A DNA stretch of 64,000 bases from an uncultured Pseudobdellovibrionaceae bacterium (lineage in GTDB: Bacteria > Bdellovibrionota > FAC87 > UBA2466). The position numbers and the translations under genes were made by a program. Shown one piece after another: positions 45,688 to 55,322 of this stretch (its first letter is position 1; each line of letters opens with the position of its first letter). A model generated the notes under the pieces. The model was not told the DNA's origin, did not search any database, and worked only from the letters and a program-made list of their open reading frames with translations. The stretch covers positions 88,799 through 152,798 of the forward strand of contig CAZTRP010000008.1 in assembly GCA_964616705.1 (NCBI GenBank), written 5' to 3'.

Positions 45688-47763
45688 GTGGCAGAAACAC
45701 AGCAGCTTCTCGGTATGAATCGCATACTGAAAAACAGCGATGTATTTCTTGCGTTGGGTTTGCTTGGCACCCTGGTGGTGATGATTCTGCCTATGCCGCC
45801 GGGCCTGCTCGATCTACTGCTGGTAACGAGCTTAACTCTGAGTATCGCCATTTTGTTAGTGGCAGTGTATGCCGAGCGCCCTCTTGATTTCTCGGTCTTT
45901 CCCACGATTTTGCTATTTGCGACTTTGTTTCGCTTGGCACTGAACGTCGCATCCACCCGCCTTGTTCTTCTTAACGGTCACGAGGGAACGGCCTCGGCCG
46001 GCCACGTGATTGAAACCTTCGGAAGTTTCGTTGTCGGGGGCAGCTATATCGTCGGTGTTGTCGTCTTCTTGCTGCTTATCATCATTAACTTCATCGTTAT
46101 CACCAAAGGTTCCGGTCGAGTCGCGGAAGTTGCAGCCCGATTCGTTCTCGATGCAATTCCCGGAAAGCAAATGAGCATCGACGCCGATTTGAGCGCAGGC
46201 GCTATTAGTCGAGACGAAGCACAGGTCCGACGAAAAAAGATTGAAGAAGAAGCGGATTTTTACGGGGCGATGGATGGTGCTAGCAAGTTCGTTCGTGGAG
46301 ATGCCATTGCGGGTATTTTGATCACTGTTGTAAATATCGTGGGTGGTTTAGCTATCGGAGTGCTCCAAAAGGGTCTCGACATTAGCGAGGCCGCGCAAGT
46401 CTACACCCTCATGACCATCGGCGATGGTCTTGTGACGCAAATCCCCTCCCTTATCGTTTCCACTGCTGCAGGTATCATTGTGACTCGCGCTGCAAGCGGG
46501 AAAGAGCTTTCGAAGGAAGTTGCTAAACAGATTCTCTTTCAACCCCGGGCGATGGGCTTTACGGCCGTTATTTTAGTAATGCTCGGCGTACTTCCCGGTA
46601 TTCCGGGTCTTCCATTTTTTACTCTGGCTACGATTCTGGGCAGTGTTTCGTATCTTGCTTCACAGCAGAAACAATTTGATGCGAAAGAAAAAGTTGAGAA
46701 AGAACGAAAAGACGCCGAAACCGCCGCAAACGATACCAATGCTCCGCCTGAGGTAGATACGCTGGAGTTGCAGCTAGGCTACGGCTTAGTGGGAATGGTG
46801 GAGGGCGATCAAAAGGGCGATCTAGTTGAGCGCATCTTCCAGCTGCGAAAAGAATTTGCGAAGGATCTCGGAATCATTGTCCCTAAAGTGAGAATTAAGG
46901 ACAACCTTGAGATCCAACCGTCGGAGTACTCCATTCTGATCAAGGGAGTTCCGGTGGGCGGCGGGGAACTCATGGCCGGTTACCTGCTCGCAATGGATCC
47001 AGGCGGCGCAGACTCGACCATGCCCGGCATAGCCACGAAGGAACCCGTTTTTGGTCTGGGCGCATTGTGGATTGGAGAAAAGCAGCGGGAGCGCGCCCAA
47101 ATCGGCGGCTACACCGTCGTGGATAACTCCACCGTTATAGCGACCCATTTATCCGAAGTTATTCGTAAGCATTCACAAGAACTGCTTGGTCGGCAGACCT
47201 TGCACACTCTAATGGACCAAATCGAGAAGACGAATCCGAAGGTTGTTGAAGAACTCAACAAGAACCTTAGCCTTGGGGTGATTCTTAAAGTTTGCCAGAA
47301 TCTTCTTCGCGAACAGGTACCCATCAGAGACTTGCTCACGATTCTAGAAACTTTGGCAAACTATGCGCCCACGCAAAAAGATCCGGACGTGCTTACCGAG
47401 TACGTACGTACCGCCCTGGCACGAACCATCACGCAGCGCCTCACTTACCAGGGTTCTGAGATGGAAGTTCTCACTATGGAACCAGCCCTTGAAGATATGC
47501 TGTTGCGCGCTTACCAGCGAGGAGACGCCGGGCCGAGTCTTCAACTTGAACCCGGAATGTACGAAAAACTTGTAAAAGGGGTTCAGGCCGCGCTCGAGAA
47601 AACCGTGTTCAATTCGGGTACGCCTATTTTGCTCTGTCATCCGCTGATTCGGTCACTTCTTAAAAAGCAGGTCGAGCGCTTTGTTCCAAATCTTACGATC
47701 GTCTCGGCAAATGAAATTGCGTCTTTTGCAAAAGTGCGTCTTGTAGGTGCTGTTTCGGCCTAA
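45688..47763 (+). CDS. flhA: Flagellar export apparatus protein FlhA
   Basis: A 691-aa protein with a conserved FHIPEx-family TM region and cytoplasmic domain. Confidence 0.9.
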   Translation: MAETQQLLGMNRILKNSDVFLALGLLGTLVVMILPMPPGLLDLLLVTSLTLSIAILLVAVYAERPLDFSVFPTILLFATLFRLALNVASTRLVLLNGHEGTASAGHVIETFGSFVVGGSYIVGVVVFLLLIIINFIVITKGSGRVAEVAARFVLDAIPGKQMSIDADLSAGAISRDEAQVRRKKIEEEADFYGAMDGASKFVRGDAIAGILITVVNIVGGLAIGVLQKGLDISEAAQVYTLMTIGDGLVTQIPSLIVSTAAGIIVTRAASGKELSKEVAKQILFQPRAMGFTAVILVMLGVLPGIPGLPFFTLATILGSVSYLASQQKQFDAKEKVEKERKDAETAANDTNAPPEVDTLELQLGYGLVGMVEGDQKGDLVERIFQLRKEFAKDLGIIVPKVRIKDNLEIQPSEYSILIKGVPVGGGELMAGYLLAMDPGGADSTMPGIATKEPVFGLGALWIGEKQRERAQIGGYTVVDNSTVIATHLSEVIRKHSQELLGRQTLHTLMDQIEKTNPKVVEELNKNLSLGVILKVCQNLLREQVPIRDLLTILETLANYAPTQKDPDVLTEYVRTALARTITQRLTYQGSEMEVLTMEPALEDMLLRAYQRGDAGPSLQLEPGMYEKLVKGVQAALEKTVFNSGTPILLCHPLIRSLLKKQVERFVPNLTIVSANEIASFAKVRLVGAVSA

Positions 47764-47773
47764 GGGGGTATAG

Positions 47774-48916
47774 GTGAACATTCGTAAGTTCGAAGCTGAT
47801 ACATTTGAAGAAGCCCTCAATCGCGTTAAAGCGGAGTTGGGGCCTGATGCGCTCATTCTCGCCTCTGAAGAGAAACGACACGGTTGGTTTCAGAAACCCA
47901 CTGTCGAGATTACGGCGGCATTTGACGCCGATCCCGTGAAGGAAAAAGAGTGGGATGAAGAGGCGCTAGAGAAAGTATTTCCACATCGTAAGCGTCAGGT
48001 TTCTAATGTCGAATCGAAGTACGAATATGCGCCGCGAACAAGGTCCCAGAGTGCAAGTAAAGCTGCTCAGGCTGCACAAGCACCACAACCCTTGGTTCAC
48101 TCAGTTTGCCCCACTACCACTGAAGTGGAACGATCTTTTCGAGAGGTGGGAGTCCGGGCGGAAACAGCGAAAGACTTCGCCCGTCAAATTACTTTGGACT
48201 ACCCAAAGAAAGATAGAATGGATCCGTCCTTTGTCGAAAAGCTAAAGATAAAAATGCTCGCCAATGGGCTCAGGACGTTATCGCCAGAGATTTTCAAAAG
48301 TCGTAGGACGTGGTCGGCAGTGGGCTCGTCCGGTTCAGGAAAAACCAGTTTGTTAGTAAAGCTCGCGCTTGCGCTACGAGGTCAAGGGCAGACTGTGCGA
48401 CTGAGCTCTTGCGACGGCAGAAAAGTATTAGCCCGTCATGAAATGGCAGCCTATGCAAAGCTCATTGACGTACCGTTTCAGCCAGGCCGAGTAGGCGAGA
48501 AGCCTGCGAGCCATGTGCTTCTTCAAGACACACCGTCGCTGGGTGTGAACCAGGTCGAGATATTCAAAGAGATTGAAAGAAACTGCCGGGACGCAAGTGT
48601 CCTTGTGGTTCTGGACGCAAGCCAGAGGTTGGGCGAGCTGCTGCGTACAGTCGATCGCTTTACTAATCTTGCTCCCGTTGCATTAGCTTTTACCCGTTTA
48701 GATCTAGTGTCAGATGCTGGTGTGATTTACGAGGTGTTGAAGCAGACAAAGCTTCCGCTGCTCGGAGTAAGCCAGTCGGCTGGTTTTTCTTCGGCCTTTC
48801 GTTTTCATGAACCTACGAGTTTGGCTCGGTACTTAGTGCACAAACCATTTGAGATTGCCGATCAATTAGCGCTCATTCAAACCGCAGCCCAAGTCAGTAC
48901 AGAGTCTGCAATTTAA
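47774..48916 (+). CDS. flhF: Flagellar biosynthesis SRP-type GTPase FlhF
   Basis: G1 box GSSGSGKTS, G3 box DTPS and G4 box TRLD are present, and the gene sits at the conserved position after flhA. Confidence 0.75.
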   Translation: MNIRKFEADTFEEALNRVKAELGPDALILASEEKRHGWFQKPTVEITAAFDADPVKEKEWDEEALEKVFPHRKRQVSNVESKYEYAPRTRSQSASKAAQAAQAPQPLVHSVCPTTTEVERSFREVGVRAETAKDFARQITLDYPKKDRMDPSFVEKLKIKMLANGLRTLSPEIFKSRRTWSAVGSSGSGKTSLLVKLALALRGQGQTVRLSSCDGRKVLARHEMAAYAKLIDVPFQPGRVGEKPASHVLLQDTPSLGVNQVEIFKEIERNCRDASVLVVLDASQRLGELLRTVDRFTNLAPVALAFTRLDLVSDAGVIYEVLKQTKLPLLGVSQSAGFSSAFRFHEPTSLARYLVHKPFEIADQLALIQTAAQVSTESAI

Positions 48917-48930
48917 GGGGAAAATTAGTT

Positions 48931-49737
48931 ATGGCCAGAATGATCTCGTTTGCTAGCGGAAAAGGTGGAGTAGGTAAGTCGAGCCTGGTGACGAACTTGG
49001 GTTGTCTCTACGCCGCCAGCGGTAAGAAGGTGCTTCTGATTGATGGTGATTGGAATCTTGGCAAACTCCCCATCCTTCTTGGATACAAGCCCCGCTGCAC
49101 TGTCGATAAAGTTTTAAGAGGCGAGGTGACGCTTCTAGATGCAATCGAGAAAGTTCGAGATGGTTTAAGTCTGCTTGCGGCCCCATCAGGGAAGGTGGGC
49201 TTCGAAGAACTGGATGAAGCAACGCGCAATGGACTTTTTTACCAGCTCGACCAACTCGCATTTACTCAGGATCTCATTTTGCTCGATCACTCCTCTGGAA
49301 TTCACTGGAGTGTTTTGCAATTTGCTGCCGCAGCGCATCAGCACGTAATTGTGACCACTGGTGAGCCTACAAGTTACACCGATGCCTATGCTATAATGAA
49401 AGTGCTATCGAAACGCTTTGGGGTACGTCGTTTTAGCCTCTTGGTGACTATGAGCGAAAGCCGTGTGGAGACCGAAAAGGTCATCACTCGCTTCATCGAG
49501 GTCGTTGAGAGCAATTTGGGAGTTCGTGTATCGACGTTAGATATTCTGCCTTGGGAACAAAAAATGGCAGAAGCCATTAGATACCAGCAACCCTTTGTGG
49601 AACGGTATCCTGGCCACGAAATGACTCGCCGTTTTCGTCGGATTTGCGTTGAACTGGAACGGGTACCGCTGAGTGCTTCAAGTGGTTTACAGTTTTTTCA
49701 AAGTGCGCAAACACCCTTAACGGTGAGACAACTATGA
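48931..49737 (+). CDS. flhG: MinD/ParA-type flagellar number regulator FlhG (FleN/YlxH)
   Basis: The deviant Walker A GKGGVGKS is present, and the gene sits at the conserved position between flhF and fliA. Confidence 0.8.
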   Translation: MARMISFASGKGGVGKSSLVTNLGCLYAASGKKVLLIDGDWNLGKLPILLGYKPRCTVDKVLRGEVTLLDAIEKVRDGLSLLAAPSGKVGFEELDEATRNGLFYQLDQLAFTQDLILLDHSSGIHWSVLQFAAAAHQHVIVTTGEPTSYTDAYAIMKVLSKRFGVRRFSLLVTMSESRVETEKVITRFIEVVESNLGVRVSTLDILPWEQKMAEAIRYQQPFVERYPGHEMTRRFRRICVELERVPLSASSGLQFFQSAQTPLTVRQL

Positions 49738-50510
49738 CGACGCCCATACGCAAATACAAAGAAGGCCAAAAGAAAGTCGACAGGCGTACAAAGGAAAAAC
49801 TGATCAAAGAGTATGCGCCTTTGATTAAGTTTATCGCGCAAAAAATTGCGGTCCGACTTCCTTCCAACATTGAGTTTGATGATTTGGTGTCAAGTGGCGT
49901 GATTGGTTTGATGGATGCGATCGACAAGTACGATCCCACCCGCGACAATAAGTTCAAAACTTATGCGGAATTTCGAATTCGCGGAGCCATTCTTGATGAG
50001 CTTCGCGCTCAGGACTGGGTCCCTCGTTCTGTTCGCGAAAAAGCCAAGCAACTCGAACGAGCGCACGTACGGCTTGAACAAAAGCTGCGACGCATCCCCA
50101 CCGAAGATGAACTCACCGACGAGCTAAAGATTTCTAAGGAAGAATATTACGATTTATTGAATCAGGTTAAGTCGGTTTCTATTCTAAGTCTCGACGAAGC
50201 CGGTAGTTTTAACAGCAGCGATCGCAAGAGTATTTTGAGTCTTTTGGAGAGTTGCAAAATTCCCAGCCCATTGGCCCAGCTCAATTTAAAAGGGCTGAAA
50301 GAAGTGGTTACAAAGGCAATCGAGAGTCTCCCAGAGAAGCAGCGGTTGGTATTGAGTCTGTACTACTATGAAGATTTAAATCTCAAAGAAATAGGAGACG
50401 TCTTAGAAGTTACCGAGAGCCGTGTGTCACAACTACACACTCAGGCTATTTTATGGCTACGACGCAAGCTTCGGTCGTATTTCGATGAGATTGGTGACGA
50501 GACGCTTTAG
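49734..50510 (+). CDS. fliA: Flagellar sigma factor sigma-28 (FliA/WhiG family)
   Basis: Sigma-70 regions 2 and 4 (DLVSSGVIGLMDAIDKYDP ... LKEIGDVLEVTESRVSQLH) are present. Confidence 0.85.
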   Translation: MTTPIRKYKEGQKKVDRRTKEKLIKEYAPLIKFIAQKIAVRLPSNIEFDDLVSSGVIGLMDAIDKYDPTRDNKFKTYAEFRIRGAILDELRAQDWVPRSVREKAKQLERAHVRLEQKLRRIPTEDELTDELKISKEEYYDLLNQVKSVSILSLDEAGSFNSSDRKSILSLLESCKIPSPLAQLNLKGLKEVVTKAIESLPEKQRLVLSLYYYEDLNLKEIGDVLEVTESRVSQLHTQAILWLRRKLRSYFDEIGDETL

Positions 50511-50512
50511 GT

Positions 50513-51403
50513 ATGGAATCAGAAGTCGCAGAGTTTCTTCAGTTTATCACCGCAGAAAAGGGTCTTTCGTTAAACACCCGTTTGGCCTACGAGCGGGATC
50601 TTGGGCAGTTTCTGCTCTACGCCAAAGCAAAAAAACTGGGTCCTTCTGAAGTTCGCTTACAGGATCTGCGAGGCTTTCTCGCGCGGCTTCGCTCAAATGA
50701 AATTACACCACGCTCAATTGCTCGTAAGGTGTCCGCTATTAGTCAGTTTTTTCAGTTTCTGATGCGTGAAGGCAAAGTAAAAGCCAACCCGGCCGAACTT
50801 TTGACCATCGTTGTGAAAACGAAACGTTTGCCCAAGCATCTTAGCATCGAAGAAAGTTTTGCCCTTATTGAGGCAGCTAAGCCAAGTGGTCCTTCCGGAA
50901 TTCGCGACAGAGCGATGATGGAAGTTTGGTACGCTACGGGTTGTCGTGTAAGTGAACTTGCGAATCTAGACTGCGAATCTATTGATTGGAAGGGCGGCCT
51001 TGTACGTTTGAAGGGCAAGGGAGGGCGCGAACGCTGGGTTCCGCTCAGCCAAGATGCTGTTGCGGCGTCGCTGAAGTACAAAACGGTACGGCACGAGTGG
51101 GTGCGGGCTCTGGGGTTGGTTGAAGAAACAGCCTTTTTTATTTCTGAGCGTGGTCGCCCATTTTCGCGTCAGGCCCTTTGGAAGTGGCTTTCGGCGTTGG
51201 CAGCTCAAGCGGGTATCCGTAGAAAAGTTTGGCCGCATATGATTCGCCACAGTTTCGCCACACATGTTTTGCAAGGTGGAGCCGATTTGCGGGTAGTACA
51301 AGAGTTACTCGGTCATCGCTCTATTAGCACGACCGAGATGTACACGCACTTAAACGTAGAAAATCTCAAAGACATGCAGCGTAAGTACCATCCGCGCGAC
51401 TAG
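50513..51403 (+). CDS. Tyrosine site-specific recombinase, XerC/XerD family
   Basis: The C-terminal catalytic block HMIRHSFATH...LLGHRSISTTEMYTH contains the R-H-R-Y residues. Confidence 0.8.
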   Translation: MESEVAEFLQFITAEKGLSLNTRLAYERDLGQFLLYAKAKKLGPSEVRLQDLRGFLARLRSNEITPRSIARKVSAISQFFQFLMREGKVKANPAELLTIVVKTKRLPKHLSIEESFALIEAAKPSGPSGIRDRAMMEVWYATGCRVSELANLDCESIDWKGGLVRLKGKGGRERWVPLSQDAVAASLKYKTVRHEWVRALGLVEETAFFISERGRPFSRQALWKWLSALAAQAGIRRKVWPHMIRHSFATHVLQGGADLRVVQELLGHRSISTTEMYTHLNVENLKDMQRKYHPRD

Positions 51404-51406
51404 TTT

Positions 51407-52390
51407 TTGACTTCGTTCCTTCTAAATCCCTCGCCATTTTTTGGAGATGCCATGAAATCGATTCTATGGTTCTTGCCCGTGGTTTTCTTATCTGGCTGTC
51501 TTTTAAATCAAAGCGATCCTGCTCCAGTGAGCAAAAAGCCATTTTTGCTTGGAAGCGTTTCTCTAGAGCACTTACAGGTTTCAAATTCCGGTGTTCTTGC
51601 GACGATTAATGCGGAATTTGCCGTAAAAGCCGAAGACAAGCCGGCACCTACTCCAATAGCTGCCAGCCTGGCTTCGCCGTCCGGTCGATGGAATGCTGTT
51701 CGAAGTTTTTTCTCGCAAGCCAGTAGTTCTAGTCGAGCGCCGATGTGTCAAAAACGAACCATCGAAAAGAATCCGAAAGTCGACCCCAAAGCTACTGCGC
51801 CGGCGCCTTCGACTCCTTTCACTAGGGTGTCGGTCGGCAAGCTTGCCTTCGGTGCGGCCCTGCAAAGTAGTTTTCTAGAGCTTAAGGCGGACCAGAATTA
51901 CCACTACACCGCTGTTTTGCCGACGGTGGTTCCGGCGGGGCTCTACCAGATTGCTGCTGAAGGAGCTGAGTTCGTAGATTCATTTGGTGAAATACTATCG
52001 GTGCCCGAAGAGGTTCGTTCGTTAAGGTTAAATGGGATGGATTTTGGAAATCCAACCATGGAGTTTGATCCTAGTCGTCCTCTTGAGGTTTTTTGGCGCG
52101 AACCAGGAATTGCAAATGATCAAAATGGCATTCTTGCAGAACTTTCCATGCAAGACGCAAACTATACGTACGCGCTTACCTGTGCACTACGTGAAGAAGA
52201 TATTCCGACGGTGAAGGGGTATAAGGTCTGGAATTTGGATTCAGCTTGGTTTAGCGAACTACCAAAGACCGGGTCTGTTGAATTCTACTTCCTTCGAGCC
52301 CACCTCCGCACACCCACAACAAAACGCTCAAAGGTACAGATGCAGGCAAGCCGAACCTTCTACGTCCGTTTGCCGCTGACAAAGCCCTAG
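51407..52390 (+). CDS. Hypothetical lipoprotein
   Basis: A signal peptide with lipobox LSGC is present. The likely start is the ATG near 51452 (MKSILWFLPVVFLSGC). Confidence 0.4.
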   Translation: MTSFLLNPSPFFGDAMKSILWFLPVVFLSGCLLNQSDPAPVSKKPFLLGSVSLEHLQVSNSGVLATINAEFAVKAEDKPAPTPIAASLASPSGRWNAVRSFFSQASSSSRAPMCQKRTIEKNPKVDPKATAPAPSTPFTRVSVGKLAFGAALQSSFLELKADQNYHYTAVLPTVVPAGLYQIAAEGAEFVDSFGEILSVPEEVRSLRLNGMDFGNPTMEFDPSRPLEVFWREPGIANDQNGILAELSMQDANYTYALTCALREEDIPTVKGYKVWNLDSAWFSELPKTGSVEFYFLRAHLRTPTTKRSKVQMQASRTFYVRLPLTKP

Positions 52391-53874
52391 AGTTCAAACT
52401 TGGTTTCTGTGCGGATGTTTGAACCTTCCTTTAGCGTCTCGATCCACTTGCTTAGGTAAGTACTTTGCAACTGAGTGCCGAGGCTTGTTCGTGCATTTTC
52501 GATTCCAGCCGCCCTATCAGTCGCCTTCGGTGCTTCTACTGCTTCTAGTTTAATATAGTAGTAATCTGTACCCGACGCATAAAGCTTGGGTGCAATCGGA
52601 TTTTTCTTGGTTAGCTTAAATACCGCATCGAGTATCTCATCAGATTGCCCAATCTGAGGAATGTACCCTTGCCCTACCGCAAACAATCCCGTCCTTTTAA
52701 TGTCGACGTGCGCGGCTTTAAGTTCCGCTTCTAGGCCCTTTCCACTGGCCAACACAGCATCCCAATCGGCGCGCTTCTTTTGGATGAAGTCAGTTGAACG
52801 CTTTTGAACCAGAAGAGTTTTTGCCACTTCCATTTTTACTTCAGAAAGCGGCGTGACGACCTCAGGCCGAGTTTCGGCGATTTGGAAGAGATAAAAACCG
52901 AAGGGGGTTTCGACCGGGGTGCTTACCTGCCCGGGTTGAAGTTTGCTCAGGGAATCCTCGATCGAGCGATCTTGCGTTCCTCGATCCACCCAGCCTCGCA
53001 GCCCGCCGAGTTTTGCAAACTCATCGTCAGAGTGCTTTGTTGCCATGGCGCCAAAATTATCTTTATTAGTTTCTTTGGCGATACTCTCAATTTTTGCCTT
53101 GGCCTCTGCCTTCTTTTCCGCAGCAGCTTGAAAGGGGACGCCTACGCGAATTTGGCGGAGTTGAACAGCGGCTGGTTTCGAGAACTCTCTGAGGTGACCA
53201 TCATAGTATGCTTTGAGTGGTGCCTCTCCCGAGCTCTTTGCAAAACTTTCCACTTCTGCCGCGCTCGGAGTTGCTTTACCCGCAAGTTCCTTAAAATCGA
53301 TGCGTGCAAAGCTGAGATTCACCTTGGTGTCTTTCAAGGCGTATTCTCTTGCTGCCATGTCGGGTACGACCGCTACCCGGTTCGCAAGGTAGGTTTGCAT
53401 ACGGCGGACTAAGAGACTTTCTCGGATGCGTTTTTCCTCAAGTCCGCGGTTAGGCACCCTTCGGTAAAGTTCTGGGTCAAATTTCCCATTTTTCTGGAAT
53501 GCGGGGGCTTTTCGAATGTAGTCGGCAAGCTCCTCGTCGGTGACTTCAAAGCCAAGCTTGGCGGCTTGTTGGGCTAGAAGTTTGTATTGAACCATTTCAT
53601 CCAATGTATTCTGAGGGATTTGGAATTGGTTCAAAAGTCTTTCGTCGAGCTGATCGCCCAATTTTGCTTTGTAGTCCGCGATCGTGGCTTCGAGGACCCG
53701 CATGAACTCTCGGTTTGAAATGGGTTCGCCATTGACCCAGGCCGCAACCCCGGCGCCTCGGGAGTCTTCGGAATTCAACTGGTTGATTCCGTAAAGTGCC
53801 ATTACCGCGATAATAGCGATAATGAGGATGCTAAAAACAAAGTTGTGCTGGTATTTTCGAAAGGTATCAAGCAT
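52387..53874 (-). CDS. ppiD: Periplasmic chaperone / peptidyl-prolyl isomerase PpiD-like
   Basis: An N-terminal TM anchor is followed by a SurA-like chaperone region and a parvulin-type PPIase segment. Confidence 0.65.
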   Translation of the reverse strand: MLDTFRKYQHNFVFSILIIAIIAVMALYGINQLNSEDSRGAGVAAWVNGEPISNREFMRVLEATIADYKAKLGDQLDERLLNQFQIPQNTLDEMVQYKLLAQQAAKLGFEVTDEELADYIRKAPAFQKNGKFDPELYRRVPNRGLEEKRIRESLLVRRMQTYLANRVAVVPDMAAREYALKDTKVNLSFARIDFKELAGKATPSAAEVESFAKSSGEAPLKAYYDGHLREFSKPAAVQLRQIRVGVPFQAAAEKKAEAKAKIESIAKETNKDNFGAMATKHSDDEFAKLGGLRGWVDRGTQDRSIEDSLSKLQPGQVSTPVETPFGFYLFQIAETRPEVVTPLSEVKMEVAKTLLVQKRSTDFIQKKRADWDAVLASGKGLEAELKAAHVDIKRTGLFAVGQGYIPQIGQSDEILDAVFKLTKKNPIAPKLYASGTDYYYIKLEAVEAPKATDRAAGIENARTSLGTQLQSTYLSKWIETLKEGSNIRTETKFEL

Positions 53875-53910
53875 TGGGGTTGATTAACTCCACATATCCC
53901 ATGGACGCGG

Positions 53911-53940
53911 TTTACAAAGCCAATCATGTAGTCATAAGAT
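53911..53940 (+). promoter_or_regulatory. Candidate sigma-70 promoter for mreC-mreD-mrdA-rodA
   Basis: TTTACA-18 nt-TAAGAT lies about 25 nt upstream of the mreC start. Confidence 0.25.
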
Positions 53941-53965
53941 AGCGATAAGACAAAAGCAAGTAGCG

Positions 53966-54805
53966 GTGCCAACCCAAAAGAAATATGCCTTCTTTGCGCT
54001 AATGACGCTATGCATCTGCGTCCTTGCGCTTTATATCTACCGTCACCGGAAGGGTGAGACGGGGCGTATTGATAGCGTCTTGATTTCCGTAGTCGGCGGG
54101 TTCCAAAAGACCTTCTTCTTTATGGGCAGGGGTGGACAAACCATTGTCGACCATTACATGCTGCTCGCGAGCACCCAGAAGAAAAACGAGGCATTGGAAA
54201 ACGAAGTCGCGTACCTGCGGACAAAGCTCGCCGCGCTCCAAGAAGTAGATGGCGAAAACATCCGCTTGCGTCGCGGAATGGATCTTAAAGGCGACGTTTC
54301 CCACAAGCTTCTTGCGGCCCACGTTATTGCCCACGATATTTCTTCGGACTATTACGGCGTGAGAATCGACCGTGGCAAAGAACACGGATTGGTCCCCGGA
54401 ATGGGAGTAATTAGCCCCGGGGGGCTAGTCGGCAGAGTATTGAGGGTATCAGCGGGGTTTTCCGATGTTCTCACTCTTAGAGATCCTACTAGCAATATAG
54501 ACGTGGTTATCGCCCGTAGCAGAGTCCGAGGAATTCTTTCGGGACAGTCGGGAGAACTTGGATGCAACATCAAGTACGTCGATCAGCTCGACGACGTCCG
54601 TCCAGACGATACGGTTGTGGCATCGGGTTTTGGCAATATTTTCCCTAAGGGCTTGTTGGTCGGCTATGTTCGGCAAGTAGTCCCCGACCGCAACGGTGTC
54701 ATTAAGACCGTAACAGTAAAAAGTGCCGTGGATATTTACAAACTAGAGGAGGTGTTCATTGTTTTTCCTCCCCCCGAGCCAGAGAAGACTTCTAAGCAGT
54801 CTTAA
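53966..54805 (+). CDS. mreC: Rod shape-determining protein MreC
   Basis: An N-terminal TM and coiled coil are followed by MreC beta domains, at the conserved position before mreD. Confidence 0.85.
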   Translation: MPTQKKYAFFALMTLCICVLALYIYRHRKGETGRIDSVLISVVGGFQKTFFFMGRGGQTIVDHYMLLASTQKKNEALENEVAYLRTKLAALQEVDGENIRLRRGMDLKGDVSHKLLAAHVIAHDISSDYYGVRIDRGKEHGLVPGMGVISPGGLVGRVLRVSAGFSDVLTLRDPTSNIDVVIARSRVRGILSGQSGELGCNIKYVDQLDDVRPDDTVVASGFGNIFPKGLLVGYVRQVVPDRNGVIKTVTVKSAVDIYKLEEVFIVFPPPEPEKTSKQS

Positions 54806-55322
54806 TCCGCTCTTCATTATTCTAGCGGTACTCTTGCTGATCCTTGTGAAGACAGCCCTCTTTCCATTTGCTCCGCTTTGGGTCCAGCGTTGGGACTTGC
54901 TGCTACCATTTGTGGTTTTTTTTGGTCAACGCAGGTCTACTCCCGAAGGGATTATTCTCGCGCTTTTTTCTAGCCATCTCTATTCGCTCTGTAGCGCCGC
55001 TCCTTTGGGCGTATTTACAACTACTTACCTTCTTGTCTTCGCAGCAACCCGACTCATCAGCTATGTGGCTTTTGCTAGCAATGCTTTTTCCATTGTGCTT
55101 TTAATGTTCAGCTTGTCTCTATGCACTCGGATACTGCTGCCCATCGTGGCTGGCTTTTTCCACCCGGCTTGGCCGGTTCTTTCCTTCAGCAACCTGGATT
55201 TGTCGAGTATCCTCTTGAATGGTGTCGGCGGGTGGGTCATTTATAGTGCCCTAGAGGGGCTGGATTTGGTGACCCACAAGGCGCCACGCCATAGCATAGA
55301 GCTTTCGGGAGATTCGTTGTGA
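54759..55322 (+). CDS. mreD: Rod shape-determining protein MreD
   Basis: A small multi-TM protein between mreC and the PBP2 gene. Confidence 0.6.
   Translation: MFFLPPSQRRLLSSLNPLFIILAVLLLILVKTALFPFAPLWVQRWDLLLPFVVFFGQRRSTPEGIILALFSSHLYSLCSAAPLGVFTTTYLLVFAATRLISYVAFASNAFSIVLLMFSLSLCTRILLPIVAGFFHPAWPVLSFSNLDLSSILLNGVGGWVIYSALEGLDLVTHKAPRHSIELSGDSL

Noticed and set aside
45495-45956. Minus-strand 153-aa ORF spanning the flhB/flhA junction
   Set aside because: It is antisense to two highly conserved flagellar genes and has no independent support.
47774-48916. Whether FlhF is degenerate (G3 reads DTPS rather than DTPG, and the N-terminal basic domain is atypical)
   Set aside because: The G1 and G4 boxes and the operon position are intact, so this is probably ordinary lineage divergence rather than a pseudo-GTPase. 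It cannot be resolved without alignment.
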